Source: Patescibacteria group bacterium UBA2135
Lineage (GTDB): Bacteria > Patescibacteriota > Minisyncoccia > Phycocordibacterales > UBA2135
NCBI GenBank assembly: GCA_002327685.1
Contig: DCXN01000001.1
Span: 12,170 to 67,049, forward strand
Length of the DNA: 54,880 nucleotides
Direction of reading: 5' to 3'
Notes under the pieces: model-generated
Seen by the model: the letters and a program-made list of their open reading frames with translations, nothing else
The model's database searches: none
Told to the model about the DNA's origin: nothing
Program-made: the position numbers and the translations under genes
In this document: piece by piece, positions 33,930-43,608 of the stretch
How positions within the stretch are numbered: the stretch's first letter is position 1
Layout of the letters: each line of letters starts with the position of its first letter

Positions 33930-35174
33930 ATGACCATTATTGATAGTTTTAAAATGGCGATTGATAGCCTTGGAATCAACAGGACACGCTCTGCCCTTAC
34001 TATTTTGGGAATTGTTATTGGTATTACCGCGATTATGATGATGATGTCTATTGGAAAAGGCGCGGAAAACTTGATCTTAAATGAAATTGGCGGTTTGGGA
34101 GCGGAGACTATTATTATACGACCAGGAAAAGAGCCAACAGGCCCATCAGATTTAGGAAATACTCTTTTTTCTGATTCATTGAAAAAACGCGACTTAGAAT
34201 TTTTAAAACGAAAAGAAAATGTGCCGGAGCTGGTTGATGTTATGCCAGCGATTATTGTTCCGGGGAGTGTTTCGTTTGAGGGTGAGACATTTAGCCCTGA
34301 TATTTTCGGCGGGTCAGCGGAGTTTTTTTCACAGGCATTTGGTGTATTTCCGGAAGAAGGAGTGCTGTTTGATGAGAGTGATATAAAAGGACGCGCAAGT
34401 GTCGCGGTTATTGGTTCTAAGGTGCGTACAGAATTGTTCGGGAATGATAGCGCGACTGGAAAATATATACGGATTAAAGATAAGAAATTCCGTGTTGTAG
34501 GTGTGCTTGGAGAGCGTGGGCAAACATCATTTGTAAATTTTGACCGTGTTGTTATTGTCCCGTACACAACCGCGCAGACATACTTACTTGGAGTGGATTA
34601 TTTCCATGAAATCATCACAAAAGCGACAAGCCCTGATGTTGTTGACAGAACGGCGCGAGATATTGAAGCGACACTTCGTGAAGCGCACAACATTACCGAT
34701 CCGGAAAAAGATGATTTTTTTGTGGTGACGCAACAAGGGGTCGTTGAACAAATTCAAACTATCTTAGGGGCACTTACCGCGTTCCTTTCTTCTGTTGTTG
34801 CAATTGCGCTTGTCGTCGGTGGAATAGGTATCATGAACATTATGCTTGTCTCTGTTACTGAGCGAACGCGTGAAATAGGCCTACGAAAAGCTCTTGGTGC
34901 TACAGAAAAAGATATTCTCATGCAATTCTTGTTTGAAGCAATATTGTTGACTGCCGCAGGAGGATTAGTAGGAATTATACTGGGTGCACTTTTTTCATTT
35001 GGAGCCGCATTTGCACTTAAGCAATTTGGGGGTCTTGCGTGGCAATTTGTATTTCCGGTCTCGGCAATGCTCCTTGGTCTCGGTGTTTCCGCGCTTGTGG
35101 GGGTTGTCTTCGGACTCTACCCAGCACGCAAAGCTGCGCAAAAAAGTCCAATTGAAGCTCTGCGGTATGAGTAA
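33930..35174 (+). CDS. ABC transporter permease, MacB/FtsX type
   Basis: N-terminal TM helix, periplasmic MacB_PCD-like domain, C-terminal FtsX module (TERTREIGLRKALGA). Confidence 0.9.
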   Translation: MTIIDSFKMAIDSLGINRTRSALTILGIVIGITAIMMMMSIGKGAENLILNEIGGLGAETIIIRPGKEPTGPSDLGNTLFSDSLKKRDLEFLKRKENVPELVDVMPAIIVPGSVSFEGETFSPDIFGGSAEFFSQAFGVFPEEGVLFDESDIKGRASVAVIGSKVRTELFGNDSATGKYIRIKDKKFRVVGVLGERGQTSFVNFDRVVIVPYTTAQTYLLGVDYFHEIITKATSPDVVDRTARDIEATLREAHNITDPEKDDFFVVTQQGVVEQIQTILGALTAFLSSVVAIALVVGGIGIMNIMLVSVTERTREIGLRKALGATEKDILMQFLFEAILLTAAGGLVGIILGALFSFGAAFALKQFGGLAWQFVFPVSAMLLGLGVSALVGVVFGLYPARKAAQKSPIEALRYE

Positions 35175-35176
35175 AT

Positions 35177-35250
35177 CCCCACACCTTTCATGACGATATT
35201 GCCTATTATGGGCAACGCGCAAAGCGCATCGCCATGAATTGGTGTGGAGA
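35177..35250. repeat. imperfect inverted repeat with nested hairpins
   Basis: tccccacacctttcatgacgat (35177-35198) versus atcgccatgaattggtgtggaga (35228-35250). Inner hairpin ttgcc-tattatg-ggcaa. Confidence 0.6.
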
Positions 35251-35251
35251 T

Positions 35252-35280
35252 AAACCCCGCCGTGTAAAGGCGGGGTTTTT
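35252..35280. terminator. bidirectional intrinsic terminator
   Basis: aaaccccgcc-gtgtaaa-ggcggggttttt between convergent genes. Confidence 0.85.
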
Positions 35281-35281
35281 G

Positions 35282-35875
35282 TCACTTAGTATAATAGCTT
35301 AAATTACCAAGGACATCCTTTTGTGATGCGAAGAGTAGTAAAGACGGGTTGATGCCCGGATATTTTTTCCTCGCATGCTCCAAGTTTCTCTGTTGCGTTT
35401 TTGTGTCAAATAAGGGATAAGTGCAGTCTGTTACAACGGTTGAACGAATTCCATGTCTTAATGCTTCTGTGCTGACATGCGAGACACAATTATTTGCCCA
35501 AAAACCGCATAATAAGAGATGTGGTTCATGCCACCCTGTGATTTTTTGAAGTGTTTCTGCAAGGCAGTGTTCTTCATTTAGTGGTTCGTCTAGAGGGTTA
35601 TCTTTCCAACAAGCTTTTTCCCTTACAGAAGGCGCAAAGCTTTGTATCATCTCTGTTTTCCATTGGGACATTCCACCACGTACTTTTCTATTCATACATA
35701 AGGATAAACAAGGAACATCAAGTCTTTTTAATTTTTCACGGAATGAAACAATCTTTCTCATTGTCTCTTTGGCATCGTGCTTGACTAGCGATATGCCTCC
35801 TGGGTGACAAAAACCATTTTCAGCGTCAACGACAAGAAGCACATGTCTAGCTTTAGGAGATTTGGGACGCAGCAT
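35282..35875 (-). CDS. isochorismatase-family cysteine hydrolase
   Basis: VLLVVDAENGF and CGFWANNCVSHVSTEALRHGIRSTVVTDC (nucleophile Cys). Confidence 0.75.
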   Translation of the reverse strand: MLRPKSPKARHVLLVVDAENGFCHPGGISLVKHDAKETMRKIVSFREKLKRLDVPCLSLCMNRKVRGGMSQWKTEMIQSFAPSVREKACWKDNPLDEPLNEEHCLAETLQKITGWHEPHLLLCGFWANNCVSHVSTEALRHGIRSTVVTDCTYPLFDTKTQQRNLEHARKKYPGINPSLLLFASQKDVLGNLSYYTK

Positions 35876-35947
35876 TTTTCACACCGCCTTTCAATAAAAT
35901 CTTTCTAGAGCATATATTACTTGTTAAGATTTGTAAATATCAGATTT

Positions 35948-35975
35948 AAACTAGTGCGATTAATTGCACTAGTTT
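35948..35975. terminator. hairpin downstream of pgi
   Basis: aaactagtgc-gattaatt-gcactagttt; weak U-tract. Confidence 0.4.
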
Positions 35976-36008
35976 GTAAAATATTGATGGGAGTTATAGT
36001 GTACGTGA

Positions 36009-37325
36009 TTAGGAGTTTAAAATACGTTTTGTTTCTGTTTTGTAAAGTTCAACGTGTGGTTGGTCAAAGGTATTCACATTGAAGAGTTTTCCCAAATACA
36101 TCATTTCAATCATCTTAAATTGCAGAAATTGCCCGAGCGAATATTCTGAAATATCATCAAGAATTACTTCCATAAATGGAATTTCCTGTTTTTGGTATGC
36201 AATTTTTGTTCCCTCAAGAATTGCGTTTTTAATATCGGTAAATGTTTTTCCGCTAATTCCCGGAACAAGTTCTGTGAATGTTTCTGAATTAAGTGTGTAG
36301 CTGTTATCGTCATCGTTGGTGTTCCGCGCCCACATAAATGTAGTGAATTTGTCATTTGGTCCGCCGAGATAAAGTTGTCCGACTGAATGCAGGTCAGTTG
36401 AGCCAATTGAGATAGTTGGCGTAATGCCCGCGTGTACCCCATTGCCTCCTTCGTCTTTTTCTTTACCAATTGATTCTCCAATAAGTTGACGATACCATTT
36501 GCCGACCGATTCAAGTTCCGGTTCAAATATGAAATTATCGTTAGTTGTATATCCCTTCTTGTTGTTTAAAAAGAGGAGTATCGCGGAGATGAGAGCGGGA
36601 TTTTCCGGAATTTCTCTGCCAATACACTTGTCGCGCATATTAATTGCTCCTTGCCACAATTTTTCTATATCAATTCCGCATGTGGTAAGAGGAAAAAGTC
36701 CCATAGCAGAAAATACAGAAAATCTCCCACCTACTTTTTCCGGGATTGAAAGTACATCAATACCAAGTTCTTCTCCCAGTTTCCAAAGTTTTGAATTTTC
36801 ATCTGTAATGAGGACAAAACGATCTGTTGCATCGGAAAATTTTTGCTGTAAGGCATTAAATACAAACTCGGCATTTGCTGTAGTCTCGGTTGTGCCGCCA
36901 GATTTACTGACAATACTGACAAAAAAATCTTCTTTAGAATTAAGCTGGTTATTAACAAATTTTGTAAAGTGTTTCGCGAATAGATCATGTGTCGTGTCAA
37001 AAAATATCATTTTGGGAAAACGCTCTGGTTCTAAAATATTGAAATGCCCCAAAAGAGCATCATATATTGCTTTTGTTCCCAAGTTTGGACCTCCTATGCC
37101 GACGACAATAAAATACTTAACTTTTCCGACTGATTTTTTTTCCATCATTTCACGCACATTGTCAAGGAGCGCTTCGTCAGATGGAAGATTAATAGAGCTT
37201 TCGTGGTGTTCGTAACCACCATTTTCCACTACCTGTTTTAAGTATTCACTGTACGGAATGAGTGATTGTGCAGTGGTGTTAATATCTTTTTCCGATACAC
37301 GGGAATGTTGGTATAATAATTTCAT
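36009..37325 (-). CDS. pgi: glucose-6-phosphate isomerase
   Basis: VVGIGGPNLG, SKSGGTTET, GGRFSVFSAMG. Confidence 0.9.
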   Translation of the reverse strand: MKLLYQHSRVSEKDINTTAQSLIPYSEYLKQVVENGGYEHHESSINLPSDEALLDNVREMMEKKSVGKVKYFIVVGIGGPNLGTKAIYDALLGHFNILEPERFPKMIFFDTTHDLFAKHFTKFVNNQLNSKEDFFVSIVSKSGGTTETTANAEFVFNALQQKFSDATDRFVLITDENSKLWKLGEELGIDVLSIPEKVGGRFSVFSAMGLFPLTTCGIDIEKLWQGAINMRDKCIGREIPENPALISAILLFLNNKKGYTTNDNFIFEPELESVGKWYRQLIGESIGKEKDEGGNGVHAGITPTISIGSTDLHSVGQLYLGGPNDKFTTFMWARNTNDDDNSYTLNSETFTELVPGISGKTFTDIKNAILEGTKIAYQKQEIPFMEVILDDISEYSLGQFLQFKMIEMMYLGKLFNVNTFDQPHVELYKTETKRILNS

Positions 37326-37382
37326 AGGTTGTATTATATCATAGACAAATTAATTCATCTTTATTAAGTAAAAACATAATAT

Positions 37383-38429
37383 ATGAGTAGAAAATGGATT
37401 ATCTTTCTTGTTGCTACATTCCTGATTATTGTTGCTGGCGTTTTGTATGGCGTGGATCGTTTCAGTAAATTTGGCGGCGGCTCGCTTCAAGAGGGTTCTG
37501 CGGTGCCAGATATAGATCTTTTTGAGGCTGAAACAAATCCGTTTGAGTTTTATAAAAATCCTTTTGGCGCATCCGTGGGTTCTTCAGAGCTTACAGCGCA
37601 GGTAGGTTCTCTTTCTGCGATTACGTTTCCTGTTGCAGAATTAGAGAATTGTACGGATGAAAACGAATGTCGTAAGTATTGCAATGACATGAAGCACGTA
37701 CGCGAATGTGTCGCATTTGCTGAAAAACATAATCTCATGTCTCCTGCGGATATTGCGCATGCGCGAAAATTTGCCGATGTTGCCGGCGAAACACCTGGTG
37801 GTTGTAGAAGCAAAAATGAATGTGACGCATATTGCACAGATATTTCTAATATTAAGGAGTGTGTTGTGTTTGCAGAAAAACACGATGTTTTGTCGCCGCA
37901 GGAGTTAGCAGAAGCACGGCGTATAGCAGATTACATTGCGCAAGGAGGAGAGATGCCAGGCGGGTGTATCCGCAAAGAAGAATGTATGACATATTGCGAG
38001 GATGTGAAGCATCTAGAAGAATGTATTTTATTTGCTGAAAAATCAGGAATGATGCCACCGGATGAATTAGCTGAAGCGAAAAAAGTATTGCCGTTTATAC
38101 TTGCCGGCGAAACACCTGGCGGTTGTGTGCGGAGAGCGGAATGTGATGCATACTGCTCGGAACCTTCTCGCATGGAAGAATGTATAGCATTTGCTGAAAA
38201 GGCGGGTACTATGTCACCTAAAGATCTAGCGCTTGCGAAGAAGGTATTGCCGCTTATACTTGCCGGTGAAACGCCAGGTGGATGTGTCCGCAAAGAAGAA
38301 TGCTTGGCGTATTGCAGTAAACCATCACATTGGGCAGAGTGTCTTGATTTTGCCGAAAAAATAGGATTTATGGGAAAGGCAGAAATTGCACTCTTGCGTC
38401 AGGCATTAAAATTCAAACCAGATTTTTAG
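37383..38429 (+). CDS. secreted/anchored protein with five tandem ~50-aa four-Cys repeats
   Basis: N-terminal TM helix, then 5 repeats of C-x5-C-x3-C-x8-C...FAEK...(M/L)SP..LA.AKK...GETPGG (aa 90-348). The repeats are also visible at DNA level (cttgccggcgaaacacctgg at ~37780, 38101, 38261). Confidence 0.75.
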   Translation: MSRKWIIFLVATFLIIVAGVLYGVDRFSKFGGGSLQEGSAVPDIDLFEAETNPFEFYKNPFGASVGSSELTAQVGSLSAITFPVAELENCTDENECRKYCNDMKHVRECVAFAEKHNLMSPADIAHARKFADVAGETPGGCRSKNECDAYCTDISNIKECVVFAEKHDVLSPQELAEARRIADYIAQGGEMPGGCIRKEECMTYCEDVKHLEECILFAEKSGMMPPDELAEAKKVLPFILAGETPGGCVRRAECDAYCSEPSRMEECIAFAEKAGTMSPKDLALAKKVLPLILAGETPGGCVRKEECLAYCSKPSHWAECLDFAEKIGFMGKAEIALLRQALKFKPDF

Positions 38430-38450
38430 CTTCTAGCTATAATTAAAATA

Positions 38451-38984
38451 ATGACGCGGATTAACAAAAAAGAATATATTACCGAGTTTGTATACGGTGG
38501 AATTGATGGTGCTGTAACTACTTTCGCGGTTGTTTCTGGTGCTATCGGTGCTTCGCTTAGCCCAGCTGTTATTCTTATACTCGGGTTTGCGAATCTTTTT
38601 GCAGATGGTTTCTCAATGGGAGTTTCAAATTATCTTTCCTCAAAATCACAGAATGATATTGCGTCAACCCATTCTCACAAACACCCAGATACAAAGCCGC
38701 CTATTGCGACAGCGCTCGTAACGCTCAGTTCTTTTGTATTTGTAGGATTTATTCCACTGCTCTCATTTGTCATTGCCCCGTTCTCCACTACGATTGACGA
38801 AAACAAATTTCTTCTATCGGCCGTTCTTACTGGCTGCGCCTTTCTTGTAGTTGGAGCTATAAAAGGGGGTGTTGTAAAAAGGGGTAGAGCGCGTTCCGCA
38901 TTTTTAACTCTTGTAATGGGTGGCACAGCCGCCGCAATCGCTTTTTTCGTAGGCTTCTTTGTGCGACGAATGCTTGGTTTTTAA
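38451..38984 (+). CDS. VIT1/CCC1-family iron/manganese transporter (short form)
   Basis: [20 protein letters not shown]...[17 protein letters not shown] plus C-terminal TM helices. Confidence 0.8.
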   Translation: MTRINKKEYITEFVYGGIDGAVTTFAVVSGAIGASLSPAVILILGFANLFADGFSMGVSNYLSSKSQNDIASTHSHKHPDTKPPIATALVTLSSFVFVGFIPLLSFVIAPFSTTIDENKFLLSAVLTGCAFLVVGAIKGGVVKRGRARSAFLTLVMGGTAAAIAFFVGFFVRRMLGF

Positions 38985-39316
38985 TAAGCGAAGGTTTCAA
39001 GGTTGGGTCTTGAAACATTAATGTGAATGTTGTAAAACAAAGTGTTTTATTATTATTGTCAATACAAAAATGTCTATATTTTCGTGATATTTTTAACACA
39101 TCTGAGTTATCCACAGTTTTTTTATTTCATTTTACATTGATGAATTGATTAATAAGGGTACAATTAAAGGGTATTCATTTTACTTTCGGGTGAGATGGGT
39201 ACACGGAAGACATCACCCTCGGGTGGTGTTTTCCACTTTATGGGATGCCGTTATGTAGTGTATAATGGTGTATAATATATACATAACTTAATAGAATTAA
39301 ATAAATTTACATTTTC

Positions 39317-39913
39317 ATGACAAAAACAATTATCATTACAGTTATCGTGGCAGTTATTGTAAGCGTACTAACTGCGTTTGGGTTTTCTGAATTTCAGCAG
39401 AGAAATTCAGATTACTTAATTAAAGATTTTTACAATACTGAAACAGCTGTACATGTCAGTCCGCATGGTGTGCGAAAGCATATAGGAGATGGCGAGATAC
39501 TTTTAGTTGATTTGCGAAGTCAGGAGGAGTATGAAACAGAACACATTATTGGCGCGGCTAGCGTTCCCGCATACAAAACTCCTGACGAATCTGCCTACAG
39601 TGAGGTTGATAGGATCGTAAACAGTTTCAAGGAACTTATTGCAGAAAATCCAAACAAAGAAATTGTTGTTTATTGTTACAGTATGCCTTGTATGACCGGG
39701 CGTAAGGTGGGCAAGATGTTATCTGACCACGATGTGTTTGTTAAACATCTAGGAGTTGGATGGCAGGAGTGGCGATATTTCTGGAATTTATGGAACCATG
39801 ATGGTGAGACAAAAGTAAATCCAAAGGATTATGTAATAAGCGGATCAGAGCCAGGTGTGTTTATTGGTGAAGGCGGGTCTGCATGTCCCATCGGTGGTGA
39901 GTTTGGCTGCTAG
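39317..39913 (+). CDS. membrane-anchored rhodanese-domain protein
   Basis: LLVDLRSQEEYETEHIIGA and an active-site-loop region VVYCYSMPCMTGRK. Confidence 0.75.
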   Translation: MTKTIIITVIVAVIVSVLTAFGFSEFQQRNSDYLIKDFYNTETAVHVSPHGVRKHIGDGEILLVDLRSQEEYETEHIIGAASVPAYKTPDESAYSEVDRIVNSFKELIAENPNKEIVVYCYSMPCMTGRKVGKMLSDHDVFVKHLGVGWQEWRYFWNLWNHDGETKVNPKDYVISGSEPGVFIGEGGSACPIGGEFGC

Positions 39914-39915
39914 TG

Positions 39916-40233
39916 TTAGGACTTGCACACTTGGCACATCTCATCGTCAGCTTCGTTGCAGAAAAAACGGACGGGAAAAGGTCTGGCCTTGGCGGAAAGA
40001 AGGCCAGACCTTGAGGAGTCCGTTTTTCCCGCTTCTCGCTTCCTTGAACTAGAGGATGTCGGGGAACCTGCTTTAGTGGCGAAATCTTCAGATTTTGTGC
40101 GAGACGTAGTCAAAAAATTCGAAGAATATAAATATATTTTGAGAAATTTTTGATAAGTATTCGTGCAAAATCTGAAGATTTTTAGCCGGAATGAGGTTTC
40201 TCGACATGCTCAACTCAAGTGCGTAAGTCCTAA
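39916..40233. repeat. TIR-bounded element, long copy with two nested hairpin insertions
   Basis: ttaggacttgcacacttg (39916-39933) / caagtgcgtaagtcctaa (40216-40233). Backbone ggcacatctcatcgtcagcttcgt...ctcgcttccttgaact is shared with 14106-14230. Nested modules at 39963-40027 and 40055-40207. Confidence 0.9.
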
Positions 40234-40405
40234 ACGTAATTATTTTCTATACGTGATAAGATAAATATATGCAAACATTAAAATGGTATAAAGACAGACC
40301 AACACTCATCGCTTTGATATCAGGATTTTTTAGCACTTTTATTACAGTGTTAAATATTCTTTTTATTTCTTGAAAGGTCGATTACCTAAATATAAATATA
40401 CCCAT

Positions 40406-40858
40406 ATGGACACTAAAAAAAATATTGTTGCTTTTATTGCAATTGTTGCTGTTTTCGGCTTATTTTGGGTTATGGGGATGCGTGATGCTATACCAGTTGA
40501 AAATGTAAGTAGAATATTATCAGTACAAGGATTCTCCAATACGGAAATTCTCCCGACTGTTGCAGTTGTGCAGCATGAAGAATTAGGAGAATATTTAACC
40601 AACGGAAACGGGCGAGCTCTTTACACCACCACTAAAGGGGAGTGTAATGGAGATTGTCTTTCGGTGTGGCCTCCTTATCTTACGGACAAAGCAATTCCTA
40701 AAAATAGCGGTCGGCTTGGCACTGTAGAAAATGTCGTAGCTGGAGGGTTGCAATATACATGGGATGAGAAATTACTCTATTATTTTGTGGATGACAGACA
40801 TGCTAGGGATGTAAAAGGGAATGAATCCGGAGGTGTATGGTTTTTGATACAAGAATAA
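40406..40858 (+). CDS. secreted protein with Lipoprotein_15 (COG4315) repeats
   Basis: TM/signal anchor, then GRALYTTTKGECNGDCLSVWPPY and LLYYFVDDRHARD, the signature of that repeat. Confidence 0.7.
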   Translation: MDTKKNIVAFIAIVAVFGLFWVMGMRDAIPVENVSRILSVQGFSNTEILPTVAVVQHEELGEYLTNGNGRALYTTTKGECNGDCLSVWPPYLTDKAIPKNSGRLGTVENVVAGGLQYTWDEKLLYYFVDDRHARDVKGNESGGVWFLIQE

Positions 40859-40875
40859 ATTTCAAGCCCAAAAAG

Positions 40876-40917
40876 AAATCACCGAGTGCTCAACGTATTG
40901 AGTACTCGGTGATTTTT
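40876..40917. terminator. bidirectional terminator
   Basis: aaatcaccgagtgctcaa-cgta-ttgagtactcggtgattt (18 bp, one G-U) plus a T-run. Confidence 0.85.
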
Positions 40918-40922
40918 GTTGC

Positions 40923-41918
40923 TCATTCTAAAATCTTCGTAAGGCAGAATGCTCCTCCGCCAGATTTGTGGAATTCTGACAAAGGTAATGTAATGAGGTG
41001 ATACCCAAGTACTTGTATCGTATTTTGCAGACGTTCATTTGCTGTGTCAGATGTTATGACAACTCCCCTTAGAAATCTATTTTTCCTCATCTCTTGCATG
41101 GCGCACCGTATTTTTTCGTCTACAATACTTAAGCATTCTTCTGAATCTAATTGAAAAATAATATCGCTTCTGGGGACTACAACTGCATTTAAAGATAGAT
41201 TTGCGAATTCTTCGTATGAGGCCTCTATGAGAAATCCGCCACACCTTTGAATTTCTTTCTTTAGCAATGCATAAGATGATTCAGCAAATGCATCAGGATA
41301 TGCAATGACGACGCGATCATTCCGGTTAAAAACCATCATCGCGGTGTCCATGTGGTATGGAATTGCGACTCCATGAGTAGGTTTTTTAAGTTCAAGAGGC
41401 ACAATTCTTTTACCAGTCATCGTTTCAACTATCTCAAGGAACTTTAGTGTTTCTTGCGTTGTGCGAAATCCATGTCCGACAAAAACAACATCGCCGAATG
41501 GTATTGCATCTCCTGCTCCTTCAAAATATAGTCCTGGAGGAATACTTATCGTTGTATAACCAAGGACATTTCTGAAAAAAGAATCAAAATATTCTCTCTC
41601 GCCGCGTCGGCGCTCTGGTCTGAAATTTGCCAACAGAGCGTATTTGTGTGAATCTTTTCCAGTAAATGTAAACGCAGAATTTGCTGTAAATGTTATGTCA
41701 GGAAGGTCGGTACCAGGAAGATTGAGACCAAGAATATCAAGGAATGTATCCAATAGATGCGCATTAACACTAAGTGCTCTCAAGGAATCAGCGAGTTGTG
41801 TCCACTCCGTAAGAGCAAGGTCTACATCAGGCCTATTTAATGGATCCATGTGAGTATTTCCGTGTTTGTCTTTTCCTAGAACATCAAAGTTTGTTGGTTT
41901 AAACATTAAGACGTCCAT
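40923..41918 (-). CDS. guanidino-group-modifying enzyme (amidinotransferase/DDAH/arginine-deiminase superfamily)
   Basis: EGAGDAIPFGD, HMDTAMMV (His-Asp), and a C-terminal SGGGAFCLT catalytic-Cys motif. Confidence 0.7.
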   Translation of the reverse strand: MDVLMFKPTNFDVLGKDKHGNTHMDPLNRPDVDLALTEWTQLADSLRALSVNAHLLDTFLDILGLNLPGTDLPDITFTANSAFTFTGKDSHKYALLANFRPERRRGEREYFDSFFRNVLGYTTISIPPGLYFEGAGDAIPFGDVVFVGHGFRTTQETLKFLEIVETMTGKRIVPLELKKPTHGVAIPYHMDTAMMVFNRNDRVVIAYPDAFAESSYALLKKEIQRCGGFLIEASYEEFANLSLNAVVVPRSDIIFQLDSEECLSIVDEKIRCAMQEMRKNRFLRGVVITSDTANERLQNTIQVLGYHLITLPLSEFHKSGGGAFCLTKILE

Positions 41919-42103
41919 GTGATCCTCGTTTTTCTATTGTCTGTGTTGTCTGCTTGTGATTATACCCGAATTTAATCTTTCTTGGCAAACTATATTTTTA
42001 CAAAATATGTCGTTGTCTACTGTTCAGGATTGGAATGTCTTATGCTGATTATTTGTACCATGGTATAAATAATCAGAAAATAAAATTTCTACATATTCTA
42101 ATC

Positions 42104-42136
42104 TAAAAAAATCCACCCGAAGCATGGGTGGATTTT
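42104..42136 (-). terminator. intrinsic terminator after the aminotransferase gene
   Basis: atccaccc-gaagcat-gggtggat, with an A-run on the + strand (U-tract on the - strand). Confidence 0.8.
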
Positions 42137-42141
42137 GCATG

Positions 42142-43503
42142 TTATATGTGACGATCTCTAAATTGCAATAAAACCTTTTCAAATGAAGAGACGATTTTCG
42201 GAATTTCTTCTTTAGGTAACGTAAGCGGCGGAGAGATGCGAATTGCCTTTCCGTCTTCGCCCGTTTCTTTCGCCCAAATTGCGCCTTGTGGTAAATCAAG
42301 CAATGCCTGAGAAAACGCTTTTCCATTAAACACAGTTTCAATAACCACAAAAAGACCTTGCCCGCGGACGTCAGTAATAATATCTAGATATTTTTCCGAG
42401 AGTCTTTTTAGAAGATCATGTAGATATTTTCCTTTTTGCGCCGACTCTTCTGAAAGATTATTATCACAAAGAGCTTTGATGGCTGACATAAGTGCGAAAC
42501 ACTGAATAGGAGTTGCGCTCCATGTTGCGCCTTCTGTCCCTTCTTCAATGCTCTCCATAATATCGCGCCGTCCTGCGACAAATGAAACCGGTATAATACC
42601 CGCTCCAGCCGCTTTTCCACCACAAAGAAGGTCCGGAAGAAATCCGCATTGCTCATATGCAAAGTTGCTTCCCGTTCTTCCATATCCTGTCTGAACCTCG
42701 TCAAGGATAAATACCATGTCATTTTCTCTGCAAATTTCTGCGACTTGTCTAAGGTAATCTCTTGATGGGACAATAACTCCACCCTCTCCTTGTACTGGTT
42801 CCAGAACAATTGCAATAATGTTTTTCCTGTGACGACGTACGAGTTCTTTGATGGCGCTTACACAATTATACGGCGTGTGACGAACAACACTTCCTCCCAA
42901 AAGCGGTCCAAACCCTTCTCGTGAAAGCGGGCTTGAGGATAAAGAACGAGCTAGTCGAGTGCGCCCGTGGAAGTTGTTTTTTGGAACGATGATGATTGGC
43001 TTAGAAACCTCGCGTCTTCCGCGTTTTATAAATACATATTTAAAGGATGTATTGATAGCCGTCTCTACTGCTTCTGCTCCCGTTGATTTTAAAAGAAACA
43101 TATCAAGACCAGTAAGATGCTTAAGCGCAGTCAGTGCGGGTGCTTGAAATTTATGGTCTATTGATTTAGGCAGTGCGGGGACTTGGTGATTCCAAAAATT
43201 TTCTAAACCACAATGCTTTAGAATGTCAGAGAAAATATCCCCGTGTCCGAAATTACATGCAGAATACATTGCATGACAATCAAATACTTCTTTTTGCTCT
43301 TCCATACCGTCAGGTAAAGTGCGTTGCAGAAGAAGTGTACCTTCCCGTTTTCCTTTTCCAACAACCATCCAGTCTTTAACCTGATGATAGTTGCGCGGAG
43401 AAAGTTCTCGGATGATACGCTTGTGCTCTTTTGTGGACAATTCTGAAAAATCAACGCCGTTAATTGTTGGATGATGTGGTAACCCTGTGATTTTAACGTG
43501 CAT
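42142..43503 (-). CDS. class-III PLP aminotransferase (ornithine/acetylornithine aminotransferase-like)
   Basis: STGAEAVETAI, LDEVQTGYGRTG, and PLP-Lys context LLCGGKAAGAG. Confidence 0.8.
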   Translation of the reverse strand: MHVKITGLPHHPTINGVDFSELSTKEHKRIIRELSPRNYHQVKDWMVVGKGKREGTLLLQRTLPDGMEEQKEVFDCHAMYSACNFGHGDIFSDILKHCGLENFWNHQVPALPKSIDHKFQAPALTALKHLTGLDMFLLKSTGAEAVETAINTSFKYVFIKRGRREVSKPIIIVPKNNFHGRTRLARSLSSSPLSREGFGPLLGGSVVRHTPYNCVSAIKELVRRHRKNIIAIVLEPVQGEGGVIVPSRDYLRQVAEICRENDMVFILDEVQTGYGRTGSNFAYEQCGFLPDLLCGGKAAGAGIIPVSFVAGRRDIMESIEEGTEGATWSATPIQCFALMSAIKALCDNNLSEESAQKGKYLHDLLKRLSEKYLDIITDVRGQGLFVVIETVFNGKAFSQALLDLPQGAIWAKETGEDGKAIRISPPLTLPKEEIPKIVSSFEKVLLQFRDRHI

Positions 43504-43580
43504 TTCAAGATTCCTTTCTTGAAGTTTTCTGCCTATAATTTATCAAATGAATAATCGCGCCGCAAGTGGTAGAGCATGTT

Positions 43581-43608
43581 AAAAAAAAGCCCGATTTATA
43601 TCGGGCTT
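43581..43608 (-). terminator. terminator overlapping the dehydrogenase stop codon
   Basis: gcccgat-ttat-atcgggc with an A8 run on the + strand. Confidence 0.7.

Noticed and set aside
39855-40153. Three overlapping 65-76 aa ORFs (39855-40052 +, 39916-40113 -, 39923-40153 +).
   Set aside because: They lie entirely inside the nested palindromic element 39916-40233. The symmetric ORFs on both strands are a by-product of the inverted repeats.
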